Below, piece by piece: positions 39,053 through 46,492 of a DNA stretch of 64,000 nt. Source of the stretch: a virus (taxonomy: Duplodnaviria; Caudoviricetes); the IMG/VR virus record IMGVR_UViG_3300032303_001959, positions 8,845-72,844 of that record. One strand, 5' to 3'. Each line of letters opens with the position of its first letter. The first letter of the stretch is position 1. Below the pieces are notes generated by a model, which had not been told where the DNA came from, did no database searches, and worked only from the letters and a program-made list of their open reading frames with translations. The position numbers and the translations under genes are program-made.

Positions 39053-40432
39053 ATGCCAAAACTCGGCTTAGGCTTAATACTGGCAAATGCTAAATCAAAT
39101 GCTATTCGCCTAAATACTCCTCTTCGTGTCGCTATTACGGGGATTGGTAATTTTATATACAATGGGTATGATGGGTATGATCGATTCAGCAGTAGATATG
39201 CGTCCTTGCCATATTCATTTTATTGGGATTCTACGTTTACCACAAGTGAATCATATTACTATTCAAGTTCATCATATACAGAGGGTCCTGATATGAGAAC
39301 AAAGAGTGATATAATTGGAACAGTATGGAATGGAAAAACTGTTACCGTTGCGGGAGCAGTAACTCAAATAACAATATCCTATTCCCCACAAACATTTACA
39401 TATTCAAGATCAGTTCCTACGGTTGCTTTTACACCCAGCGTGACAAGTTTTCAATCGCTTATGAGAACTTATTACTTGCAGTTTGACAAATCTAATGCGG
39501 GTTCATATAGCGCTACAATCCTTGGAGATGAATACCCGGATTATAGTTGGTCGACTACCGCAATACCAATCACAATAACAAAGAAAGATGTAACCCTTAC
39601 CCTTTCAGCTGGAACCAGCACATACGGGCAAACGCCAGTAATAGCCACAATTACGGGTCTTGTTTCTGGGGACTCAATTAATACTTCATTTTCTGGTTTG
39701 GTTACGCAGTCTCTACCTACTTCTACTTCTAATGCGGGCACATACTCAATTACATTTAACCCGTCGTATACGAGCGCAAATTATAATATAACAAATTCTC
39801 CGGCTTCTGTTACTTGGACAATCAATAAAGCCAATCAAACTATTAGTTTTAGCCCAAGTACTTCTGTATACACGGGCTCTTCTCAGACTTTAACTGCTTC
39901 TTCGTCGTCTGGATTGCCAGTATCTTTTAGTATTATTAGTGGTCCTGGTTCATTAAGTGGAGCTGTTCTTTCATATACAGGGACTGGAACTGTTGTAGTA
40001 AGAGCAAGTCAGTCGGGGAATACTAATTACAATGCGGCTTCTAGTGTGGATAGCTCCATAACGGTTACAACTCCCGCCCCCGATATATCCTCTTCCGTCT
40101 CCTCCCTTCATTTAGTTTTTTACAATGGATATGGAACAGGCACTGGGGGATGGGGGTTGGATGATAATAATAATGTTGTACTCAACAACCCACCTCTTTT
40201 TACCAGAATTTATTCCGACCCCTTTGGTTTCGGGAATACATTGGCATTTTCGTTCAATAATTGGTGGTTCTTACAGTGGGCGGGAGATCGTTGGGCGCTT
40301 GGAGTTGATTGGGGAAAAGGACCTGGAGTTTGGCTGAATTCCCTTCCATGTAGCATTTCCTACATACCTGCAAATCAATCACAATGGGAAACATATGGTA
40401 ACACAGGTGCCGTTATCAGGGTTGTGCCATAA
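39053..40432 (+). CDS. Ser/Thr-rich putative virion accessory protein B2 with MBG- and Ig-like domains
   Basis: 459 aa, starts MPKLGLGL. TKKDVTLT..STYGQTP...NAGTYSIT is MBG-like; KANQTISF...SSSGLPVSF...VRASQSGNTNYNAA is Ig-like. Confidence 0.65.
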   Translation: MPKLGLGLILANAKSNAIRLNTPLRVAITGIGNFIYNGYDGYDRFSSRYASLPYSFYWDSTFTTSESYYYSSSSYTEGPDMRTKSDIIGTVWNGKTVTVAGAVTQITISYSPQTFTYSRSVPTVAFTPSVTSFQSLMRTYYLQFDKSNAGSYSATILGDEYPDYSWSTTAIPITITKKDVTLTLSAGTSTYGQTPVIATITGLVSGDSINTSFSGLVTQSLPTSTSNAGTYSITFNPSYTSANYNITNSPASVTWTINKANQTISFSPSTSVYTGSSQTLTASSSSGLPVSFSIISGPGSLSGAVLSYTGTGTVVVRASQSGNTNYNAASSVDSSITVTTPAPDISSSVSSLHLVFYNGYGTGTGGWGLDDNNNVVLNNPPLFTRIYSDPFGFGNTLAFSFNNWWFLQWAGDRWALGVDWGKGPGVWLNSLPCSISYIPANQSQWETYGNTGAVIRVVP

Positions 40433-40437
40433 ATTAT

Positions 40438-40977
40438 ATGTTCATTATAAGCGATAATTATAAATGTGCGGTTGCCTTTTTTGGAAGAAGCGGTTCATCT
40501 TCTTTTGCAAAAGCATTTTTGCCAAAGGAAGTGGCTGAATCTTTTGCGCCAAAAAGCGGGGTTCCGTCTATTCACTCACTTTGTAAGTTATGTATGCCTC
40601 AATATCTTGCAGAATTATATCCAGATTATACAAAATATGCCGTCATAAGACACCCATACGAAAGATGGCAGAGCGCCATAAACCATACCGAAAAGACATT
40701 TGAAGAGCTTATGGATCGCCGCGCGTGGGACGTTCATATCAAAAGTTGCACAGATACAATCAAAGGAATAGAGCTTAAAGCCTATCGATTTGAAGATGGT
40801 GGGGTGGAGAATTGTGCCAAAGACATTGGCATACCAGATTTTGAAAAAACAAACTCAACTGATCACATCATTACTTTGACGGATGAACAAAAAACTATTT
40901 TAGATGAAAAGTATGCAAAGGATATTGAGTTGTGGGGTGGCATCAACGAAAACGGAAAGATTATAGCTTTGGAGTAG
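40438..40977 (+). CDS. sulfotransferase-like protein C2, paralog of C1
   Basis: GRSGSSSF, VIRHPYERWQS, AYRFEDGGV and STDHIITLTDEQK are shared with C1. Confidence 0.7.
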   Translation: MFIISDNYKCAVAFFGRSGSSSFAKAFLPKEVAESFAPKSGVPSIHSLCKLCMPQYLAELYPDYTKYAVIRHPYERWQSAINHTEKTFEELMDRRAWDVHIKSCTDTIKGIELKAYRFEDGGVENCAKDIGIPDFEKTNSTDHIITLTDEQKTILDEKYAKDIELWGGINENGKIIALE

Positions 40978-40999
40978 TATTGACTGTTAAGAGACAGTA
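40978..40999 (+). promoter_or_regulatory. conserved promoter/operator box after cassette 2
   Basis: TATTGAC-TGTTAAGA-GACAGTA-AG-TAGCAT directly after the C2 stop. Confidence 0.7.
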
Positions 41000-41013
41000 A
41001 GTAGCATCGATTT

Positions 41014-41487
41014 ATGGCTAAAAATAAAATCCCAGGACTGCTGATTGAAGGGCTCGGAATGGCTAAGGCAGAGCCCACGCATGACGAATCAACGGAAGGG
41101 CCGGATATTATGGAGGCTTTCGCATCCTCCCCCGTTCCCGGTGAGTTCTTCTCTACCCTCTTGCACTCAGCCACTATCGCTCATCAGATTCATTTTAAGA
41201 CCCGTTCTTTTGCCATCCATAAAGCCCTGGGCAAGTTCTACGAAGAGGTTGTAGAGCTGACCGACGCTTTGGTTGAGTCCTGGCAAGGCAAGTATGGGTT
41301 GGTTCAGAACTTCCCCTTCAAATATGACCTGGAGACCGAAGATCCTGAGGCATTTTTGGCTGACCTTGATTACTACGTTGAAACACACCGCGAGCAAGTT
41401 TCAGACGACTCTGAGATCCAAAACGATATTGATACGATCCAGACCCTGATCAACTCCACCACCTACAAGATCCGCTTCCTTAAATAA
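41014..41487 (+). CDS. ferritin-like four-helix protein (DUF5856-like)
   Basis: HQIHFKTRSFAIHKALGKFYE...DALVESWQGKYG...IQTLINSTTYKIRFL. Confidence 0.7.
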   Translation: MAKNKIPGLLIEGLGMAKAEPTHDESTEGPDIMEAFASSPVPGEFFSTLLHSATIAHQIHFKTRSFAIHKALGKFYEEVVELTDALVESWQGKYGLVQNFPFKYDLETEDPEAFLADLDYYVETHREQVSDDSEIQNDIDTIQTLINSTTYKIRFLK

Positions 41488-41491
41488 GCTT

Positions 41492-41752
41492 ATGCCTCTG
41501 GGCAAAAAAGCTTCCATGCCCTGTAACGTGCCTCGGCCAAGCACACGGCCTGGTAAGAAGAAAATGGTCAAAGCATGTGCGAATGGTAAAGAGCGTCTGG
41601 TTCATTTTGGCGATAGTTCCATGAAAGACTTTACGCAGCACCACAGTGCTAAGCGTCGCAAAAGCTATTGTGCTCGGTCCGGTGGGATCAAGGGTGGTGA
41701 CGGCAAGCTGTCTGCCAACTACTGGTCCCGCAAGGTTCTTTGGAGTTGCTGA
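41492..41752 (+). CDS. small basic protein (DUF5754-like)
   Basis: STRPGKKKMV..LVHFGD...RRKSYCAR...SANYWSRKVLW. Confidence 0.6.
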   Translation: MPLGKKASMPCNVPRPSTRPGKKKMVKACANGKERLVHFGDSSMKDFTQHHSAKRRKSYCARSGGIKGGDGKLSANYWSRKVLWSC

Positions 41753-41753
41753 G

Positions 41754-41903
41754 GTGGCTCTAGGAAAGAAGAAAAAAGCCGGGGACGCCTGCACCCGCAA
41801 GGTTAAGTCCAGGTACTCCGTATGGCCGTCGGCTTACGCCAGTGGAGCTCTCGTAAAGTGTCGCAAGGTTGGAGCAGCTAATTGGGGTAATAAAGGCAAG
41901 TAA
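41754..41903 (+). CDS. small basic protein, 49 aa
   Basis: GTG start after the upstream TGA; DACTRKVKSRYSVWPSAYASGALVKCRK. Confidence 0.6.
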   Translation: MALGKKKKAGDACTRKVKSRYSVWPSAYASGALVKCRKVGAANWGNKGK

Positions 41904-42136
41904 TGGGCTTTGAGTTAGAGAAGAAAAAGGGTTTACGTGGTTGGTTCTCCAGGAACAACGGTACGGGTTGGATTAACTGTAAGACCGGTGGACCATGCGG
42001 CCGTAAGAGCGCGTCCGATGGCGGTAGCTACCCTGCTTGTCGTCCTACCAAGTCTATGTGCAATTCCTCGGCTAAGAAAAAAACAAGCTCCAAGCCCATC
42101 AGCTGGAAAAAGAAAACTGGCTTGGGCAAAAGATAG
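41903..42136 (+). CDS. small basic Cys-containing protein
   Basis: GLRGWF...WINCKTGGPCGR...YPACRP; TAATG overlap. Confidence 0.6.
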   Translation: MGFELEKKKGLRGWFSRNNGTGWINCKTGGPCGRKSASDGGSYPACRPTKSMCNSSAKKKTSSKPISWKKKTGLGKR

Positions 42137-42163
42137 CCCTTTTAGGATATATTTCCCATATTC

Positions 42164-42441
42164 AGGGTAACCTAAGTTACCCAAAAATAGAGGTTACCAG
42201 AGCAAGTTACCCCAAAATAATCGCTGTACTTCAACCACTTACATCAAAAAGGGTAACTGGGTAACTTGTTTTTTGACTTTCGGGTTCCCAAGCCCAGCAC
42301 GCACAGCGCAAATAATTCATACAAGATTATATAGATTAAAATATTATAGTTACCCTAGTTACCCTAGTTACCCTAAATATTATAACCACAAATACTTAAA
42401 ATGGGTAACTTTGAAATTTTTGGGGTAACTTAGGTTACCCT
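42164..42441. repeat. iteron-like element with 12 GTTACC/GGTAAC cores and terminal inverted repeats; candidate origin or packaging site
   Basis: Cores at 42166, 42176, 42193, 42206, 42252, 42260, 42349, 42358, 42367, 42404, 42424 and 42434. AGGGTAACCTAAGTTACCC is inverted at the two ends. An AT-rich tract lies next to (AGTTACCCT)x3. Confidence 0.8.
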
Positions 42442-42639
42442 AAAACCGTTTGATTCCGTCATGGGTAGTCCTCTTTGCTAGGACCCAGATAACAGCCACC
42501 GCTGCCAGAAAAATAAGCTTACCTAGGATTTGCCGTATCATTGACCCTGCCTTGGTAAAGGGCCCACTTTGCTATCTTGGCAATCAGCCTTTTGCTGTTC
42601 ACCGGCCTTTGCGTAACCGCGACCTTTGGTCTACGGGTC

Positions 42640-42966
42640 TTAGCCACGACGAGGCATCCTATTGTTCAACCAGGCTCTTCGCTTGGAACACGCTTTACAG
42701 GTGCTTAAACGACTCCCAAACACCGAATCCAGGGCTTTCGCGACAGGCAAGGCAAGAACATGCACCAGATCCCCCATACCCCTTGATTCGCAGTATCCCG
42801 GGTCCTTGGCACAGCTCTGTCGGATGATCTCCTTCCGGTACAATTCCCTGGCTTGATACTCCCAGGGGTCCTGCCCCTTGGATGAAAGTATCTGTGTTAT
42901 TAGATCGTCCAGGCTTTCGTGGATCCTCTTGATCGGCCCCTCTTCGTATGTCCATATAAATTTCAT
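42640..42966 (-). CDS. hypothetical protein with CxxC motif
   Basis: GMGDLVH..A.P.AKALD..FG..LSTCKACSKRRAWLN. Confidence 0.55.
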   Translation of the reverse strand: MKFIWTYEEGPIKRIHESLDDLITQILSSKGQDPWEYQARELYRKEIIRQSCAKDPGYCESRGMGDLVHVLALPVAKALDSVFGSRLSTCKACSKRRAWLNNRMPRRG

Positions 42967-42991
42967 GACAATCCGTTGACATTAACCGATC

Positions 42992-43273
42992 ATGCCCCAA
43001 AATTGTTTAGTGGATTTGGAAGACCTACATTTGCACTTCATTGAAGAAGATACCGTCTTGAGCGTTCTTTTGGCCGCCTGCGTCGATTCCCCAAACAACG
43101 AACTACAAGTCTCAAAGAAAGCTTTAGCGGAACTTAAAGGCCGGATGCAGGCCCTTAAGAAAGGCCAAAAGCCAATTTTAATTGCGATCGATGATGATGA
43201 TTGTTTACGTGTGCGTTTCATGTTCAATGAGCAAGAGGTGCATGATTTCGTGCAAGACCTCATGCCGGATTAA
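42992..43273 (+). CDS. hypothetical protein
   Basis: 93-aa ORF. Confidence 0.4.
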   Translation: MPQNCLVDLEDLHLHFIEEDTVLSVLLAACVDSPNNELQVSKKALAELKGRMQALKKGQKPILIAIDDDDCLRVRFMFNEQEVHDFVQDLMPD

Positions 43274-43572
43274 AAGTCCGCCTTTTCAAACTCAGTAAGC
43301 AACGCTTGCGCGTCCTCCACGTTATCTTCGATATAACCGCGGAGCTTGTGTTGTAGAACCCGCTCTTCCTTTTTCTGCTCTACCTTGAGTGCACTCAGTG
43401 CCCCGCAAGATTCTTTATGGATCTTAACTTTGTCTCGCAACTCATCGCGCAGGAAACAGATTTGTATGTCAAGATTCTCTAGAAGTCTTTCAGTGCGGTC
43501 GATTTCCCGCTTCATTGCTCGCATCCGCGAGCCCATCTTTTGAAACCACGATTTAAATTTCACCTTCTCCAT
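43270..43572 (-). CDS. hypothetical coiled-coil protein
   Basis: About 100 aa, heptad-rich. Confidence 0.45.
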   Translation of the reverse strand: MEKVKFKSWFQKMGSRMRAMKREIDRTERLLENLDIQICFLRDELRDKVKIHKESCGALSALKVEQKKEERVLQHKLRGYIEDNVEDAQALLTEFEKADF

Positions 43573-43625
43573 GCCCACAGTTTGCGGACATGGAGAGATG
43601 AATCAATTAGTCAACGTGAGACAGA

Positions 43626-43886
43626 TTAACGTAATGTTTGCAGCAACGCGTTTGCTTGTGCCCGTGTCATGCGACTGTCGTCAACACGTACGTCGTAACC
43701 ACCGTACCACTTCTGCTGTCCCCAAACCAAAGCTTTCGCTTCACCAACTTTGACTCCCCCGGAGTAGAGATCGTAACCGCCGGGCCATTTTTGAGTTCCC
43801 CAAACGGAAGGACGAATGGCAAAGTCCTCCGCATGTGCGCCTGCTGCAAAGGCCACCACGCATAATGCAGCGATTAGTTTCTTCAT
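43626..43886 (-). CDS. small secreted protein with internal repeat
   Basis: Signal peptide MKKLIAALCVVAFAAGAHA; repeats VWGTQKWPGGYD and VWGQQKWYGGYD. Confidence 0.6.
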   Translation of the reverse strand: MKKLIAALCVVAFAAGAHAEDFAIRPSVWGTQKWPGGYDLYSGGVKVGEAKALVWGQQKWYGGYDVRVDDSRMTRAQANALLQTLR

Positions 43887-43900
43887 TGTTTGAAACAGTA

Positions 43901-43922
43901 TACTGACAGCGTTTAGTCAGCA
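43901..43922. promoter_or_regulatory. conserved operator-like box
   Basis: TACTGAC-AGCGTTTA-GTCAGCA. Confidence 0.6.
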
Positions 43923-43975
43923 AGAAAAATAAATTAAATTTTTCTCATACGTGTATCTATAGAACTTAAACTAAA

Positions 43976-43998
43976 GGGGGGGAGGGTGGGTGTGGGGG
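43976..43998 (+). other. G-quadruplex-forming motif
   Basis: GGGGGGG-A-GGG-T-GGG-TGT-GGGGG. Confidence 0.55.
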
Positions 43999-44117
43999 TA
44001 GTTGCCCAACATTAAGCAGTTACACCGCCCCGCAGCCTATTTGTATTATTAGCAGAGAGAGAAGGGAACCAGATGGATCCCTGTATCTCAAAACCCCTGC
44101 TATAGATAGGAGACACC

Positions 44118-44441
44118 ATGGCATATGATACCCAAACCGTAGCAGCTCAAACCGCAACAACTTACGCACCGAAGAACGATGCGTTGTACTTGACGGTGAA
44201 GCGGAGCAAGTTCGGCCACCTCGGCACGATCAACCCCAGCTCGAACAACGGCTCGGAGCAGGCCGCTGCTCTCGCCGCCCTGGCGAAGATCGCCCTCAGT
44301 GGCAAGAGCTTGGACATCAGCGTTCGCACGTCGAAGGACGATGCGGAGAACCTCACCCTGCGCTTCTCGGTGAGTTCGTTCGTTCCGCAGCAGCGGACGT
44401 CGTTGGCAGAGCGGCTCGTGACCGCTCACCTCAATAGCTAA
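44118..44441 (+). CDS. hypothetical protein; likely first early gene
   Basis: 107 aa, strong SD AGGAG. Confidence 0.65.
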   Translation: MAYDTQTVAAQTATTYAPKNDALYLTVKRSKFGHLGTINPSSNNGSEQAAALAALAKIALSGKSLDISVRTSKDDAENLTLRFSVSSFVPQQRTSLAERLVTAHLNS

Positions 44442-44454
44442 TTGAGGCTCCGGA

Positions 44455-44702
44455 CCTCGTGGGGACTGCAAACCCACGAGGAACGGTTTATAATCAGTGG
44501 ACGGTGAACGATGTAAGTAAGAGCCATGCTAACTCTTAAACGCATCCTGCAAGGGATGTGAGATATCAAATGAGGATTAGGCTCGCAAGGCAGCTCTGAG
44601 AGGAGTTGAAAAGGTTATGTACAAACCGTACCTGCTTACATCGTTCACCCTTCATTGATCTCGTGGGACAGTAAAACCACGAGGAACGGTTTATTAAACC
44701 GT
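44455..44702 (+). ncRNA. candidate structured non-coding RNA (~170-250 nt), class not recognised
   Basis: 25-bp closing helix (44493-44517 with 44635-44659; two G-U pairs, one mismatch) enclosing five hairpins, three with GNRA loops. Flanked by two copies of a CTCGTGG..CCACGAGGAACGGTTTAT hairpin unit. CTGCAA-N17-TATAAT lies upstream. Confidence 0.65.
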
Positions 44703-44705
44703 AGG

Positions 44706-45167
44706 CTACACAGTGATAACTGGATTACTGGCAGTTACTGACACCGAATCTTGTGGAAGTTGTTGTAAAACCGCAATGTTCACTGTTTGAGTTTTCGAGC
44801 CTTCCGACAAGCCAAAAGCTGTCGTTGCCACACGATTCACCTTTTCCAATGCAGTAAAGTGTTCTTCAACTTCGCCGCGGGTAGCTGGGGCTTCTGCCTC
44901 AAGCGCATTCATCCCGCCTTCAACCTGTTTCTTTAACCTTACTAGATATGATTGGGCTTCACCCACCATTTCTGTCGTTGCAACACGATGCGCTTCTGCC
45001 ACTCGTTGCAGAGATTGCTGCTTGTAAGTTGCAAGTTTGAAACGCGCAACGTGACTGCGTATCGACGCAGCATTCACGTTGAATCTAGTAGCTAATATCT
45101 GAGGTGGAATACCTTTCGCGTATTCCGCTTCGATCGGACCCCAATCAATCACTGAACGCTGTCTCAT
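44706..45167 (-). CDS. terS: terminase small subunit-like HTH protein
   Basis: IDWGPIEAEYAKG...ILATRFNVNAASIRSH (HTH), helical core, AFGL...TVNIAVL C-terminus. Confidence 0.55.
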   Translation of the reverse strand: MRQRSVIDWGPIEAEYAKGIPPQILATRFNVNAASIRSHVARFKLATYKQQSLQRVAEAHRVATTEMVGEAQSYLVRLKKQVEGGMNALEAEAPATRGEVEEHFTALEKVNRVATTAFGLSEGSKTQTVNIAVLQQLPQDSVSVTASNPVITV

Positions 45168-45210
45168 GCTGTTGCAGCGATTGTATCAGACGTTGCAACT
45201 ATTTGCAAGC

Positions 45211-45232
45211 TACTGACAAACAACAGTCATTT
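45211..45232. promoter_or_regulatory. conserved operator-like box upstream of terS
   Basis: TACTGAC-AAACAACA-GTCATTT. Confidence 0.45.
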
Positions 45233-45420
45233 TAACCACGATCGATAAACCACAACCCATAACCAAGGAGACAACCAAATGTTACCTATATACGCAGTCA
45301 TCTACAGAGGACACGTGCAATACGAGTTCAAACGTCGTGAAGACGCTTGGGACTACCTAGTACGACGTGGCTGGCGTTGGTCTGACGACGCCTACATCAC
45401 CACTTACTAATCCAATTTCC

Positions 45421-45468
45421 TGCAACGCGGTACTTTGCCTCCGCGTTGCATCCTGACGGTAAGGCAAA
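45421..45468 (+). promoter_or_regulatory. H-type RNA pseudoknot immediately before an SD
   Basis: Stem 1 TGCAACGCGG/CCGCGTTGCA; loop TTTGCCT pairs with AGGCAAA (45462-45468); GAGG at 45473. Confidence 0.5.
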
Positions 45469-45640
45469 ACAAGAGGTACATATATGCGTAACATGATCCC
45501 AATCGACTATGTCGAAGTGGAAGAAGACACCAACCAATCAACCCTTGATGCCGTGAGCAGCGAGTACGTTGCAATGCGGCACCCCATGCTCGACACGGAC
45601 GAAGCGTCCATGCGGGCTGAGTGCGTCCGGAGGTTCATCA

Positions 45641-45970
45641 ATGATTAACCTAACCGAACAACTCGAAGCGATCCGGCCTAGCTTGAACCTCAAGCCCAAC
45701 CCGGTGCAACCGACAGCCAAAGTACCGGTACCAGCACAGATCATGCGCATCCCTGCCAAGGTGATGCGTGATGGCGTAGCCTGGTCGCCGACCTATTGGT
45801 ACAACCCCAAGAGTAACCACGATCGATGCCGTGCAATGAGCGAGCTTCGATCTGCGTTGCAGTATGGCACCAGCTTGGAAGGCTCAAACGCTTCCCGTTG
45901 GGGCGTACAGATCGGGGACAAAACCTTCACCGTCAACCCAGTTGGGCTGACCGAGTGGATCAATAGTTAA
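45641..45970 (+). CDS. hypothetical protein
   Basis: Probable start MINLTEQLEAIRP inside the 45569..45970 ORF. Confidence 0.5.
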   Translation: MINLTEQLEAIRPSLNLKPNPVQPTAKVPVPAQIMRIPAKVMRDGVAWSPTYWYNPKSNHDRCRAMSELRSALQYGTSLEGSNASRWGVQIGDKTFTVNPVGLTEWINS

Positions 45971-45971
45971 T

Positions 45972-45993
45972 TATTGACAGGCATGTGCTAGTA
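45972..45993 (+). promoter_or_regulatory. conserved promoter/operator box
   Basis: TATTGAC-AGGCATGT-GCTAGTA. Confidence 0.5.
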
Positions 45994-46035
45994 GTTCAAT
46001 CCTTTAGCACCTTCCTGACAGAAAGGATAACACCC

Positions 46036-46401
46036 ATGAAAACCAAGACAGAACCTACAGTCGACAAGATCAAGATACCAGAAGACATCGCCCACATTCT
46101 GATTCAAGTCGCCAACCAAAAAAGCAAGAAGCGGACCAAACAAACACGCCAGTATTACACGGAAATGAGTGAGCTCTTCGAGAAACACAAGATGGGTGAG
46201 CTCCATACCGTTATGTCCATCAAGAAACTTTGTTTCTTTATGGAAGTATTCGGCGAAAACAAAAAGCTTTTCAACTGGTTCAAAAAGCTTTCGTCACAAG
46301 ACCACCAAAGGTTGGTGCACAGTTTTGTGCCGCCTTACATGAACCGCGACGAGATCTGGCCCAACTTGTGCAAGTTCGGTGAGGTGCTGATACGGACATG
46401 A
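46036..46401 (+). CDS. hypothetical protein
   Basis: MKTKTEP start with an AAGGA SD. Confidence 0.55.
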   Translation: MKTKTEPTVDKIKIPEDIAHILIQVANQKSKKRTKQTRQYYTEMSELFEKHKMGELHTVMSIKKLCFFMEVFGENKKLFNWFKKLSSQDHQRLVHSFVPPYMNRDEIWPNLCKFGEVLIRT

Positions 46402-46492
46402 GTACCCTACTAGACTACGCGAAGATCGTAGCCGTTGCGTTGGGCGGACTCGTCATGTTCTACACCCTTTGGGTGTTGCTGGAGTTGATCTG

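Noticed and set aside
42963-42984. Additional copy of the conserved box (TCATGAC-N8-GACATTA)
   Set aside because: The left half matches poorly, so it was not counted among the 15 sites.
42164-44702. CRISPR array or mini-array
   Set aside because: The GTTACC repeats are 6-9 bp, in mixed orientation and irregularly spaced. The 44.46/44.67 kb unit has only two copies around a 170-nt self-folding insert. No cas genes; the Cas4-like nuclease is a normal replication-module gene.
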